From: Candidatus Bathyarchaeia archaeon
Lineage (GTDB): Archaea > Thermoproteota > Bathyarchaeia > Bathyarchaeales > Bathycorpusculaceae
Direction: 5' to 3'
NCBI GenBank assembly: GCA_038883655.1
Contig: JAVZLQ010000002.1
Location: 57,532 to 121,531 of the forward strand
Length of the DNA stretch: 64,000 bases
The notes under the pieces were generated by a model. It made no database searches and was not told where the DNA came from. It saw only the letters and a list, made by a program, of their open reading frames with translations. Positions 48,617 to 58,288 of the stretch are shown here, piece by piece (within the stretch, counting starts at the first letter, position 1; each line of letters opens with the position of its first letter). The translations under genes were made by a program, and so were the position numbers.

Positions 48617-48955
48617 GTGGCAACATTGATTCAAAAAGATTTCCAGAAAACCTTTCTAGAAGCCGTCGAAGAGGGACTGCTGACGTTGGGCAACTCACCC
48701 AAACAAGCCATACTATTCCACCTAGAAAACACGTTCAAAATAAGTTTGGAGGAAATTCCAAAAAACCTAACCGAATTTCAAAAGGCCATAGAAAAAATCT
48801 TTGGACCGGGAGCGGCGTACGTGGAGAAGCTTATACTGAAGAAGCTTTATGAAAAGCTTCAAATCGAATTTGAGGAGTTGGAAAGCCAGCAGCTAGACTT
48901 GCTAAGCAGCGTGGAAAACCTTAAAAAGCGTTTGCTTTCTTCTGGTGGTGCCTAA
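48617..48955 (+). CDS. NitrOD5/DUF3227-like protein (paralog)
   Basis: Same pattern: VEEGLLTLG...ILFHLE....EIP...EF..AIEKIFG.GA..VE..I.KKLY. Confidence 0.75.
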   Translation: MATLIQKDFQKTFLEAVEEGLLTLGNSPKQAILFHLENTFKISLEEIPKNLTEFQKAIEKIFGPGAAYVEKLILKKLYEKLQIEFEELESQQLDLLSSVENLKKRLLSSGGA

Positions 48956-48958
48956 AGA

Positions 48959-51900
48959 ATGAAAAAAGGCGAAATTCTGAATCATGTTTTAGAAAGGTTA
49001 CATGTATTATTTGATGGTTTAGAAGACATTGTTTATGTGGCAGATCCAGAAACGTATGAAATTCTATTTGCAAATAGCAGGTTTAAGGATGAACTCGGAG
49101 AGGAAGTTGTGGGAAGAAAATGTTATGAGGTTATACACGGCGTAAAAAGCCCATGTCACTTCTGCACAAACAAGTACATTTTTGGAGAAAATATTGGAAA
49201 AACCCATGTTTGGGAGTACCACTGCCAAAGAAAAGGGCGCTGGTACAAATGTGTAGACAAGGCCATAAGCTGGCCTGGAAACAAATACGTAAGGTTTGAG
49301 ATTGCAGTTGACATAACCGAACACAAGCAGATGGAAAAAGTCTTAGCTGAAAGTGAAAGGCGATATCGCACTCTTGTCGAGGCTGCCCCAGACGTAATCT
49401 ACAGCATCTCATCAGATGGAAAGATCATTTCGCTTAACCCAGCCTTCGAGAAAATCACGGGATGGAAAAGCGAGGAATGGATTGGAAAGCCGTTCACCGC
49501 GATTGTACACCCAGAAGACGTTGCAAAAGCCGTTGAATCCTTCCAAAGCACTCTCGCTGGCAAATCCAAAATCGTGGAGCTAAGGGTTCGCTCAAAGTCA
49601 GGCGATTATCTTGTTGGTGAATTCACAAGCGTACCCCTAATTAAGGATGGAGAAATCGTCGGCGAGTTTGGAATAGCCCGCGACATAACAACCAGAAAAA
49701 CATATGAGGATAATCTTCAGAGGATAACAGCGACGCTTCAAACGTTGATTCACGCAATTCCAGACATAGTATATTTTAAGGACACTGAAGGGCGAAACCT
49801 AATTGTAAATAACGCCTTTGAAAAGCTTGTAGGCTTAAAAAAGGAGGAAATCATCGGAAAGAGGGATGAAGAGCTCTTCCCGCCAGATTTGGCAGCTCAG
49901 TGTAGGAAAAGCGACGAAGAAGTGTTAAGTAAGGGTATCGCTATTCGCGCAGAAGAGTATGCCGTGGACAAGAAAGGCATTAAGAGGTTTTTTGACACAA
50001 TAAAGGTGCCCATATACGACAAGAATGGAAATGTTGTGGGAATAATTGGCGTAAGTCGAGACATTACTGGACGCAAAATCATCGAGGAGAAGCTTAAGGA
50101 AAGGGAAGAGTTTTTCCGCTCCATTGTCGAGAATTCACATGATGGAGTAGCAATAATAAACGAAGATGGCAAAATCACCTACGCAAATGAAGAGTTAGCC
50201 AAAATTCTAGGATACCCAAAAAAGGAAATAGTCGGACATGACTTCAGAAAGTTTTTGGCGAAAGAATGCAAAGCACTTTTCACCGACAAAAAAATGCGCA
50301 TACAAGCAAAAAGGCAGAAAGAAAAGAAAGCATTTTCAGAATACAGACTAAGAATAGTTAGGGGAGACGGCTCCGAAAGGGAAATCGAAGTTAGAACCGT
50401 GACGATACGAGATGTGCAAGCTAGAATACGGACAATAGCTCAAGTGCTCGATATAACCGAGCACGTGAAACTTGAAGAAGAAAGGCGGCTCTTCGAAACT
50501 AGACTTTCAAAACTAAACGATTATGCTCAAAGACTAAATAACGCCAAAACCTTTAAAGAAATTTATAAACTTGCCTTGGATGCCATGGAGAAAACACTCG
50601 GATACGAATACGCCTCGATTTTAATGATTGAGGAAAAATTCCTACGGTTGGTAGCCCATAGGGGCTACTCAAAAGTTTGGTCTCTTAAGCTTCCACTGGA
50701 TGGAGAAAAGGGAATAACGTTAAAGGCAGCAAAAACTGGAAAGTCAATAATTGTCCCAGATGTTAGAAAGGAGAAAACCTACGTTAAGGGTGGGGAGGAA
50801 ATACTCTCCGAACTGGCGGCGCCAATGAAGATTGAGGGAAAAGTTTTAGGCGTATTAAACGTGGAGAGCAAGAAACTAGCAGCTTTCAACGAAGAGGACA
50901 AACGTTTACTTGAAATATTGGCTTCGCATACGGCCATAGCGATAAGCAATTTGAAAAGGCAGGAGAAGCTCGCTGCACTAAACATTTATGGACGAAGCTT
51001 AAACAGGGCAAAAACAATAGAGGATGTTTGCGAAAGAACACTAGATGCAATGCAAAGAATCTTGCAATTTAATTATGTTGACTTCTTCCTTGTAGAGGGC
51101 AAAAAGCTTCGCTTGTTAAAAACTCATGGATTAAGCTACACGCCAAAATTGACGTTGCCCCTGGATGGCGATAAGGGCATAACAGTTAAGGCTGTCAAAA
51201 TGGGCAAGGCACTTTACGTCCCAGATGTTAGGAAAGAAAAGGCGTACGTTGACGCTGGAATAAAGGGAGCATTATCCGAGCTTGTTGTTCCAATAAAGCT
51301 TGGAAACCGTATTTTAGGCGTATTAAATGTGGAAAGCGAGAAACTGGCAGCCTTCGACAAGGAAGATACGCGTTTACTTGAAATATTGGCTTCCCACGTG
51401 GCAATAGCGTTAAGCAACATAGAAAGAAGAGAACGCCTCGAAGCTCTTTCGAAAAGACTTGAAAACCTAATGAGAAGCTCCACAAAAATAATGGGAATTA
51501 AAGACACGCGTAAGAGACTTAAGGAAATCGCCAAAGCCATCCAAAGGTTCGGCTGGAGAAGGGTTGTAATAGGACGCGTGGACGAAAACCTTGAACGAAG
51601 AGAGCTTGTCACGGTGGGCTTAACAAGGGAGGATATTAAACTCCTAAAAAAGAGAAGAGCGCCCGGGTATGTTTGGAAAGAACGCTTAGGACAAAAATTT
51701 GAAAATTACAAGATTGGCGAGTTCTTTTACATTCCGTGGAGAGACCCGTGGATTAGGGAGCACTTCTTCCACATCCCACCAGAAATCCCCCTAGAAGAGG
51801 CTGAAAAGAACTACATAAAAGTGGCTGTTCCAAGCCACCGATCAGAGGATGAAATGGTGGACTGGCATCCACAAGACATGCTTTATGCGCCCTTACGCAC

Positions 51901-52876
51901 ACCAGAGGGCAAAATAGTTGGCATATTAAGCATGGACGACCCAGTTGACGGACGCAAACCCACAAGGGAGACACTTATACCGCTTGAACTTTTCCTACAT
52001 CAAGCCGCAATAACATTGGAGAACGCTGAGCTTATAGAAAACTTACAAAAGACCAGAAGGGAGCTTCAGCATTACGCTGATCAGCTTGAGGACATGGTTG
52101 AAGAAAGAACACGTGAATTGAAGCAGTCGCAAGAGCAGTTGCTTAAGGCTCAGAGGCTTGCCGTTATAGGAGAGTTGGCTGGTATGGTTGGACATGACTT
52201 GCGCAATCCTTTGACGAGCATTGCTGGAGCCCAGTACTATCTCAAGAAGCGTTTGAACTTGGAGGCTGATAACAAGGTTAGGGAGATGCTTGAGCTTATA
52301 GAGAAGAACATTGCCTACTCGAACAAGATAATAAATGACCTTCTTGACTATTCTAGGGAAATAGAACTAGAGCTAATTGAGAAAACTCCAAAATCACTTA
52401 TAAAAGAGGCATTGTCGCTTATGGAAATCCCAAAGAGTGTTAAGGTAGAGGATTTGACCACGCACACGCCCAAGATAAAGGTTGACCCTGAAAAGATTAC
52501 GCGTGTTTTTGCGAACATAATTAGAAACGCTGTTGAAGCTATGCCGAAAGGCGGGACACTAACAATAAGGAGCAGAAAAATCAAAGACAAACTGGAAATT
52601 TCGTTCAAAGACACTGGAGTTGGCATGACAAGGGAGACTCTGGAGAAGCTTTGGACGCCGCTTTTCACCACGAAGGCGAAGGGTATGGGTTTTGGATTGG
52701 CAATTTGTAAGCGTTTTGTTGAGGCGCATGGAGGCTGCATAACCGCTGAAAGCACCTTTGGAAAGGGAACAACCTTCACTGTTACGATTCCGATTGAGCC
52801 TAAAACAGAAAAAGGAGGTGAAAAGGTATGGTTGAAACCGCTAGAATCCTCATTGTTGACGACGACGAAAACATAA
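48959..52876 (+). CDS. soluble multi-PAS/GAF sensor histidine kinase
   Basis: Four PAS/PAC units (each ending DIT), three GAF domains, H-box HDLRNPL, N box NAVEA, DTGVG, FTTK and GMGFGL; no TM helix. Confidence 0.95.
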   Translation: MKKGEILNHVLERLHVLFDGLEDIVYVADPETYEILFANSRFKDELGEEVVGRKCYEVIHGVKSPCHFCTNKYIFGENIGKTHVWEYHCQRKGRWYKCVDKAISWPGNKYVRFEIAVDITEHKQMEKVLAESERRYRTLVEAAPDVIYSISSDGKIISLNPAFEKITGWKSEEWIGKPFTAIVHPEDVAKAVESFQSTLAGKSKIVELRVRSKSGDYLVGEFTSVPLIKDGEIVGEFGIARDITTRKTYEDNLQRITATLQTLIHAIPDIVYFKDTEGRNLIVNNAFEKLVGLKKEEIIGKRDEELFPPDLAAQCRKSDEEVLSKGIAIRAEEYAVDKKGIKRFFDTIKVPIYDKNGNVVGIIGVSRDITGRKIIEEKLKEREEFFRSIVENSHDGVAIINEDGKITYANEELAKILGYPKKEIVGHDFRKFLAKECKALFTDKKMRIQAKRQKEKKAFSEYRLRIVRGDGSEREIEVRTVTIRDVQARIRTIAQVLDITEHVKLEEERRLFETRLSKLNDYAQRLNNAKTFKEIYKLALDAMEKTLGYEYASILMIEEKFLRLVAHRGYSKVWSLKLPLDGEKGITLKAAKTGKSIIVPDVRKEKTYVKGGEEILSELAAPMKIEGKVLGVLNVESKKLAAFNEEDKRLLEILASHTAIAISNLKRQEKLAALNIYGRSLNRAKTIEDVCERTLDAMQRILQFNYVDFFLVEGKKLRLLKTHGLSYTPKLTLPLDGDKGITVKAVKMGKALYVPDVRKEKAYVDAGIKGALSELVVPIKLGNRILGVLNVESEKLAAFDKEDTRLLEILASHVAIALSNIERRERLEALSKRLENLMRSSTKIMGIKDTRKRLKEIAKAIQRFGWRRVVIGRVDENLERRELVTVGLTREDIKLLKKRRAPGYVWKERLGQKFENYKIGEFFYIPWRDPWIREHFFHIPPEIPLEEAEKNYIKVAVPSHRSEDEMVDWHPQDMLYAPLRTPEGKIVGILSMDDPVDGRKPTRETLIPLELFLHQAAITLENAELIENLQKTRRELQHYADQLEDMVEERTRELKQSQEQLLKAQRLAVIGELAGMVGHDLRNPLTSIAGAQYYLKKRLNLEADNKVREMLELIEKNIAYSNKIINDLLDYSREIELELIEKTPKSLIKEALSLMEIPKSVKVEDLTTHTPKIKVDPEKITRVFANIIRNAVEAMPKGGTLTIRSRKIKDKLEISFKDTGVGMTRETLEKLWTPLFTTKAKGMGFGLAICKRFVEAHGGCITAESTFGKGTTFTVTIPIEPKTEKGGEKVWLKPLESSLLTTTKT

Positions 52877-53298
52877 GGAAGGTGCTGCAGACAATACTTG
52901 AAGAGGAAGGCTACAGCGTAGACACTGCAGAAACCGCGAAAGAAGCCATAGAAAAGACGAAGAAGGCATTCTACAATTTGGCTTTGATAGACATTAGGCT
53001 TCCAGACATGGAAGGCATAGAACTCCTAACAAAGATGAGAGACACTGTTCCAAAAATGCGAAAAATAATAATCACGGGTTATCCAACGTTACAAAACGCC
53101 ATAGCAGCCGTGAACCGAGGTGCAAACGCGTATATACTGAAGCCGTTCGACATGGACAAGGTTCTAGCGACGATAAGAGATGAACTTAATAAGCAGGAAG
53201 AAGAGCGAAGGTACAGTCAAGAAAAGGTCGCGGAGTTCATAGAAACAAGGGTTAGAGAACTCGAAATGGAGAAGGAGGCAACGCGCAAGAAACCCTAA
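52828..53298 (+). CDS. response regulator, receiver domain plus short helical tail
   Basis: IVDDD, LIDIRLP, ITG and KP; SD GGAGGTG at 52814-52820. Confidence 0.95.
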   Translation: MVETARILIVDDDENIRKVLQTILEEEGYSVDTAETAKEAIEKTKKAFYNLALIDIRLPDMEGIELLTKMRDTVPKMRKIIITGYPTLQNAIAAVNRGANAYILKPFDMDKVLATIRDELNKQEEERRYSQEKVAEFIETRVRELEMEKEATRKKP

Positions 53299-53350
53299 AA
53301 GTTTTCTATTAAATCAAAATTTCCCCTTAATTCCCCTTAAAATTTACATC

Positions 53351-55564
53351 TCACAAAATTTTGTCTACAAACTTTTCAGGTTTTGGAATTTCTGGCATCA
53401 ACCCCTTTCTTTCACGGATACGCCTTACCATGGCATTTGCCAACTCTTCTGGAACACGCTCCCAATGATGAAACTTGCACTGCCAAAATGCCCGACCAGA
53501 AGTTGCAGAACGCATCTCTTCGGCTAAACCAAAAGTTTCAGCAACTGGAACATAACCGGCAATTATTGTTAGGGTTCCCCTTTGCTCCGAAGCGGTAATT
53601 TTGCCTCTCCTACGATTTAGGATGCCCGTGCAATTGCCAAAAAATTCTGCTGGAACAGAAACTTCAATCTTGTAAACTGGCTCGAGAAGGAAGGGATTAG
53701 CTGTTAAACAAGCGCCTAGAACCGCTCTGCCAAAAGCCCGCATAACCTGCTCTGGCTCACGTTTCTCAGAGCTTTCGTTAAGCTCGAAATCAACAAGTTT
53801 AACCTTCACGCCCCTCAAAGGCTCCTCACATAATGGTCCATTCCTACAAGCCCAGTTGAAACCAGAAATTATGCTTGCCACAGTTTCTGGGAAGCGGGAA
53901 ACAGTCTTTGACTTGTCAAAAAGCATGTTGTGATGCTCGTTAAAAGCCAAGAAGCTTTCTGCCTCATTTAAGCTGTAATTTGCCTTTTTACACAAAAGTT
54001 CAATAACGTTTTCACGCTTTGCATCTTGGGTAAGCTGATTATTCTCTATTAGCTCCAGAACAGCATTCTCTAATGGTTCAACTTGGACATAGAAGGCGTT
54101 TTCCTTGTTTAGGCTTGCAGCCATAACCGTTTTTCCCCTTTTCTGGACACTTTCGCGATAGGCTACAACAGGCTTTGATGTTAGAATTTCCATTTCGCCA
54201 CAATGTTGCTTCAAAAATTTTATGGCAATTTCAAGGTGGAGCTCACCTAAACCGCTGAGCAAATATTGACCAGTCTCGCGGTCTATCGTAAGCGTTATGT
54301 TTGGGTCTTCAATAGCAACACTGTTCATAGCGTCTATCAAACCTGGCAAGTCCGCTGGGTTTTTCGGCTCAACAGCCACTATTACAACTGGCTCTGAAAC
54401 ATACTTAATGCTTTCAAAGGGCACCATTTGGCTCTTGTACTCAGCGCTAACAATGGTTTCGCCTGCACACGCCAAATCCAACCCTGTTAAAGCGGCTATG
54501 TTTCCCGCATAAATGGCTTCAACATTTTCCATAGAAGAGCCCATGTAAACTGAAACATCCTTCACGGTGAACTCCTCTTTCGCGTTAACTAGATAGACGC
54601 TTGTTCCGCTTTTAATGAAACCAGAAAAAAGTCTTCCAGTGGCAATTAAACCCCCATTTCTTGTTTGCTGAACCATTGTTATGCACATTGTTGCTGGTCC
54701 ATCATCAACGCAGTTCAGCATAGCCCTTCCAACATCAGAGTCTAACGCTCCCTTCCAGATCTTTGGTATGCGATACCTTTGGGCTTCGGCTGGGTTTGGA
54801 AGGCTTTCAACAACCATGTTTAAAATGGCTTCCGAAAGCGGGATAGCTTTTGAAAGTGTTTCATGCTTGTTTTGGGCGTAGGCGTCAATGATGTAGGCGA
54901 ATTTTATTCCCCTTTGCCTCGCAGTTTCCAATGTAAAACCCCACCTGTGTAGTGCCGAGCCGAAGGCAACAGAACCCTTTTCCGGGCTGACCCGCCAAGC
55001 GTTTTTAAATTCTTGTTCAGCATAAATGGCGATTAAACTGTTAAACTCATCAATTATCCTGACAAACCGCTCTTGAACTTCGCTTGTGCCAAGCTTTAGT
55101 TCGCTTATTAGGCGGTCAACCTTGTTTATGAATAGGACGGGCTTTACTCTCTCTTCAAGCGCTTGGCGAACAACAGTTTCCGTTTGAGCCATGACGCCTT
55201 CAACAGCATCCACAACGACTATTACGCCGTCTATGGCACGTAAAGCCCTATTCACCTTTCCAGTAAAGTCCACATGCCCAGGAGTGTCAACAAGGTTAAC
55301 CAAGTATTGGCTGTTGCCGACCGTGTGCAAAAGCGCGATGTTCGCAGTCTTTATTGTTATACCGCGTCTTTGCTCCTCCTCCAAATAATCAAGAGCCTTT
55401 GCCCTACCAGCAACTCTTGAAGGTAGCAGCCCAGCATCAGCCAAAAGAGAGTCGGTCATCGTCGTTTTTCCATGATCTATGTGGGCGACTACACCAATGT
55501 TGCGAACAGCTTCCTTATTCCGCATAAGCCCGAGAATTTTGCCTACATGCCTAAACTTTGGCAT
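53351..55564 (-). CDS. elongation factor 2 paralog (aEF-2p-like), lacking the diphthamide His
   Basis: AHIDHGKT, RGITI, DTPGH, NKVD and GLGELHLE. The domain IV loop reads ESSEKREPEQ instead of ED..HRG..Q. Confidence 0.88.
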   Translation of the reverse strand: MPKFRHVGKILGLMRNKEAVRNIGVVAHIDHGKTTMTDSLLADAGLLPSRVAGRAKALDYLEEEQRRGITIKTANIALLHTVGNSQYLVNLVDTPGHVDFTGKVNRALRAIDGVIVVVDAVEGVMAQTETVVRQALEERVKPVLFINKVDRLISELKLGTSEVQERFVRIIDEFNSLIAIYAEQEFKNAWRVSPEKGSVAFGSALHRWGFTLETARQRGIKFAYIIDAYAQNKHETLSKAIPLSEAILNMVVESLPNPAEAQRYRIPKIWKGALDSDVGRAMLNCVDDGPATMCITMVQQTRNGGLIATGRLFSGFIKSGTSVYLVNAKEEFTVKDVSVYMGSSMENVEAIYAGNIAALTGLDLACAGETIVSAEYKSQMVPFESIKYVSEPVVIVAVEPKNPADLPGLIDAMNSVAIEDPNITLTIDRETGQYLLSGLGELHLEIAIKFLKQHCGEMEILTSKPVVAYRESVQKRGKTVMAASLNKENAFYVQVEPLENAVLELIENNQLTQDAKRENVIELLCKKANYSLNEAESFLAFNEHHNMLFDKSKTVSRFPETVASIISGFNWACRNGPLCEEPLRGVKVKLVDFELNESSEKREPEQVMRAFGRAVLGACLTANPFLLEPVYKIEVSVPAEFFGNCTGILNRRRGKITASEQRGTLTIIAGYVPVAETFGLAEEMRSATSGRAFWQCKFHHWERVPEELANAMVRRIRERKGLMPEIPKPEKFVDKIL

Positions 55565-55665
55565 TGCCTAAAGCTCCTTTTTGAGAGGGACTTCCACTAC
55601 ATATAAAGGGTTTACGAAATACTATCTTATTTGCGCAAGTGCATCTGACCAATAGATGATCCGCC

Positions 55666-56427
55666 TTGGAAACCATTATAATTAAGATTGAAGAGCTTGT
55701 TAAAGAGCCGTACGCCTCAATAATATGCTACCCAAAGACAAGCAAAGCTGAACTGCAAAGGCGCTTTAAGGAGTTGCAGAGGCATGGCGTAAAAGCAGTA
55801 GAGTTTTTCGGGGAAAAAGAAGTGTTAAACTTGAAAGTTTTGGGTAAAGGCTGCGTTGGCATAGTTGTGATCGCCCACCGAAACAGCGAGAAGATCGCCT
55901 TAAAAATTCGGAGAGTTGACGCGGACAGAAATAGAATGGTTGAAGAGGCGGAAAAGCTTAAAATTGCGAACTCTGTCAGCGTCGGTCCGAAATTTTTGGC
56001 TGTAAGCAGAAACTTTCTTCTAATGCAGTTTGTTGAGGGCGAGTTGCTTCCAAACTGGCTTGAGAAGAGAGTAAGGAAAGAAAAAGTTAAGGTTGTTCTA
56101 CGTGAGATTTTGGAGCAGTGCTGGCTTTTGGACAAGGTTAGATTGGACCATGGCGAGTTAAGTCACGCTCCAAAGCACATAATCGTAAGCAGCGCATGCA
56201 AGCCCTACATAGTTGATTTTGAAACTGCAAGCTTGAATAGGCGGCCTTCAAACGTGACTTCCATCTGCCAATTCCTCTTTATAAGCGGGCAAACATCACA
56301 AAAAATTGCTGAAAAAATTGGCGAAATAAACAAAAAGGCGGTAATAGAGGCTTTAAGGGACTACAAGCATGACAGAACAAGGATGAACTTCGAAAGGATA
56401 TTGGCGGCTTGCAACCTCAAACCCTAA
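55666..56427 (+). CDS. atypical Ser/Thr protein kinase (RIO/Bud32-like, COG2112 type)
   Basis: LGKGCVGIV, ALK, E, HGELS and IVDFE. Confidence 0.88.
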   Translation: METIIIKIEELVKEPYASIICYPKTSKAELQRRFKELQRHGVKAVEFFGEKEVLNLKVLGKGCVGIVVIAHRNSEKIALKIRRVDADRNRMVEEAEKLKIANSVSVGPKFLAVSRNFLLMQFVEGELLPNWLEKRVRKEKVKVVLREILEQCWLLDKVRLDHGELSHAPKHIIVSSACKPYIVDFETASLNRRPSNVTSICQFLFISGQTSQKIAEKIGEINKKAVIEALRDYKHDRTRMNFERILAACNLKP

Positions 56428-56615
56428 ACCACGTAATCCACGGCGAAACCAGCGCTTTTACAGCCACCGTTCTTTTCAATATTTTCCAAGCCGAGCTCCT
56501 TCAAAACCTGTGCAAGGTCGAGCCAAGTTTCCACTTGAAGCTGTCTTGCAACCCTACGCTTCTCATAAAGAAGCGGAACAAAGCCCACAAATAGCCAACC
56601 GTAAGCCTCAGCCAT
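56424..56615 (-). CDS. small hypothetical protein ending DYVV
   Basis: ATG with GGGGAG upstream; 63 aa. Confidence 0.5.
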   Translation of the reverse strand: MAEAYGWLFVGFVPLLYEKRRVARQLQVETWLDLAQVLKELGLENIEKNGGCKSAGFAVDYVV

Positions 56616-56784
56616 GCGCTTCTCCCTTCGCCTTTCTCTCCATTATAAGAAACACGGTTTTGCCCCTAATAATCATGTATGTAAGAATATGATAGAAGAA
56701 ACTTATAGAAGAAAATTATAATCTACGCGTGATCTAGGCATGAAAAAGTTTAAAACTGCAAATTCATAGTGTTTAGCCAAACTG

Positions 56785-58227
56785 GTGAAAGACATGGTTA
56801 TTAGTAGAGAGGAGATGCAGGAGATAGCCAAACGCTACAAAGAGCCTATAGGACTTAATCTCGGTTCACATTCGGCTTTGGACGCTTGGCAGGGACAACG
56901 CAACTATGGCATAAGAAGCATAATATACACCACGCCTGGAAGGGCGCGCATTTACCTCCAAAACCCAATGGTTGGGAAGCCAGATGAAACCGTTGAGGAC
57001 CTGCCAAACCTTGTTAGAAGAGATCTACGCGTTGTAAACGATCCTAAGGATATAAGGAAAAGCGGCGGTTGGCGGAGCGTAATCCTAATCCTTGACAAGT
57101 ATTCTGACATAGTAAAGTACGTCGATGAACTTGTGGATTTGGAGTGCTTGCAAATTACGAATAGGGCTTTTGCAGTTTATGTTGGCGGAGACGAGTACTG
57201 CAGCGTAATCGAGAATGATTATGCTGTTCCAATTTTGGGTTCAAGGGCGCTCTTGAAAATTGAGAATAGGGGCGAAATTGAAAAGGACTATTACTGGTTT
57301 GCAGAGCAAGCTGGAATCCCCTACCCGAAATCCTACAAGTATGAGGTTACGGATGATGGAATACGCTTTAAGGAGTTCATTGACGAGCCAATGATTTTGA
57401 AGGCTGAACACGCGCACAGAGCATTCGAAAGAGAATTCATTTTCGCCGCTGACTCTCGAGACTTGGAGGAGAAGGTTGCAAAAGAGGTCAAGGCTGGAAA
57501 TCTAAACAAAGAAGCCCTAGAAAAGGGACGCGTCGAACAAATTGTGCTAGGTCCACATGCAAACTTCAACTTCTTCTTCTCGCCCTTAGACGCGAAAAGC
57601 AGCTGGGGAGACGCTGAAAAATGGTTTTCTAGGCTGTACAACGTAAGCGTCGAAGAAGCGAGAATTTGCCTAGCGAACCAGTTCCTTTCCATAGACGAGA
57701 GACGCGAAACAATACTCGACGGCTTGAAGCGTCTGCCAACAGACGTTCAAAACAAGATTAAGAAGGTGCCATCATTCGAGGTTACCGCGCACGCCATCCT
57801 AAGCCTCAGAGAATCACTACTAAAAGATTTGCACCGCTATGCCGACCGCTTTTTGCTTGCATGTAGAGAACACGCCTATCCAGGCATTATTGGCGCTTGG
57901 TGCTTGCAAACACTAATCACGTGGGACCGCATAAGCAAGTATGAGCTTAAGCCAGCCATCAAACTTGATGTTACATTAGGCGCAGAAGCAAAGAAAACTG
58001 TTGATTATGGATTATACGACGCGCCAGATGCACTCGACCCGTACATGCACATTCCAGTAACGCAAGACGTTGCCCTAAGGCACGGCGGAGGAACAAACGT
58101 CCACATGGGTTTGGGCGCACAGTATGCTAATGCGAAGTACAAGAAGCGGATGAGCATGGGAGACCGCATAGCCCTAGAAATCAGACGCGCAATGAAAACG
58201 AATCAACTCCACGAACTAGTAACCTAA
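56785..58227 (+). CDS. purP: PurP-family (DUF1246/DUF1297) ATP-grasp FAICAR synthetase-like protein
   Basis: GSHSALD, NRAFAVY, LSIDER, SLRESLL, GAWCLQ and R.GGGTN...SMG.RIALEI; next to purC/purE. Confidence 0.8.
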   Translation: MKDMVISREEMQEIAKRYKEPIGLNLGSHSALDAWQGQRNYGIRSIIYTTPGRARIYLQNPMVGKPDETVEDLPNLVRRDLRVVNDPKDIRKSGGWRSVILILDKYSDIVKYVDELVDLECLQITNRAFAVYVGGDEYCSVIENDYAVPILGSRALLKIENRGEIEKDYYWFAEQAGIPYPKSYKYEVTDDGIRFKEFIDEPMILKAEHAHRAFEREFIFAADSRDLEEKVAKEVKAGNLNKEALEKGRVEQIVLGPHANFNFFFSPLDAKSSWGDAEKWFSRLYNVSVEEARICLANQFLSIDERRETILDGLKRLPTDVQNKIKKVPSFEVTAHAILSLRESLLKDLHRYADRFLLACREHAYPGIIGAWCLQTLITWDRISKYELKPAIKLDVTLGAEAKKTVDYGLYDAPDALDPYMHIPVTQDVALRHGGGTNVHMGLGAQYANAKYKKRMSMGDRIALEIRRAMKTNQLHELVT

Positions 58228-58288
58228 AATCAACACACTTTACTTTATTTTTCACATCGGTTTTGTCGCTTTAGTTGCTAATTTATTT

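Noticed and set aside
53319-53341. TTCCCCTTAA x2 between convergent genes
   Set aside because: Short slippage repeat in a probable terminator region.
56692-56720. ATAGAAGAAA repeated with 13-bp period upstream of purP
   Set aside because: Low-complexity AT-rich sequence, too weak to call an operator.
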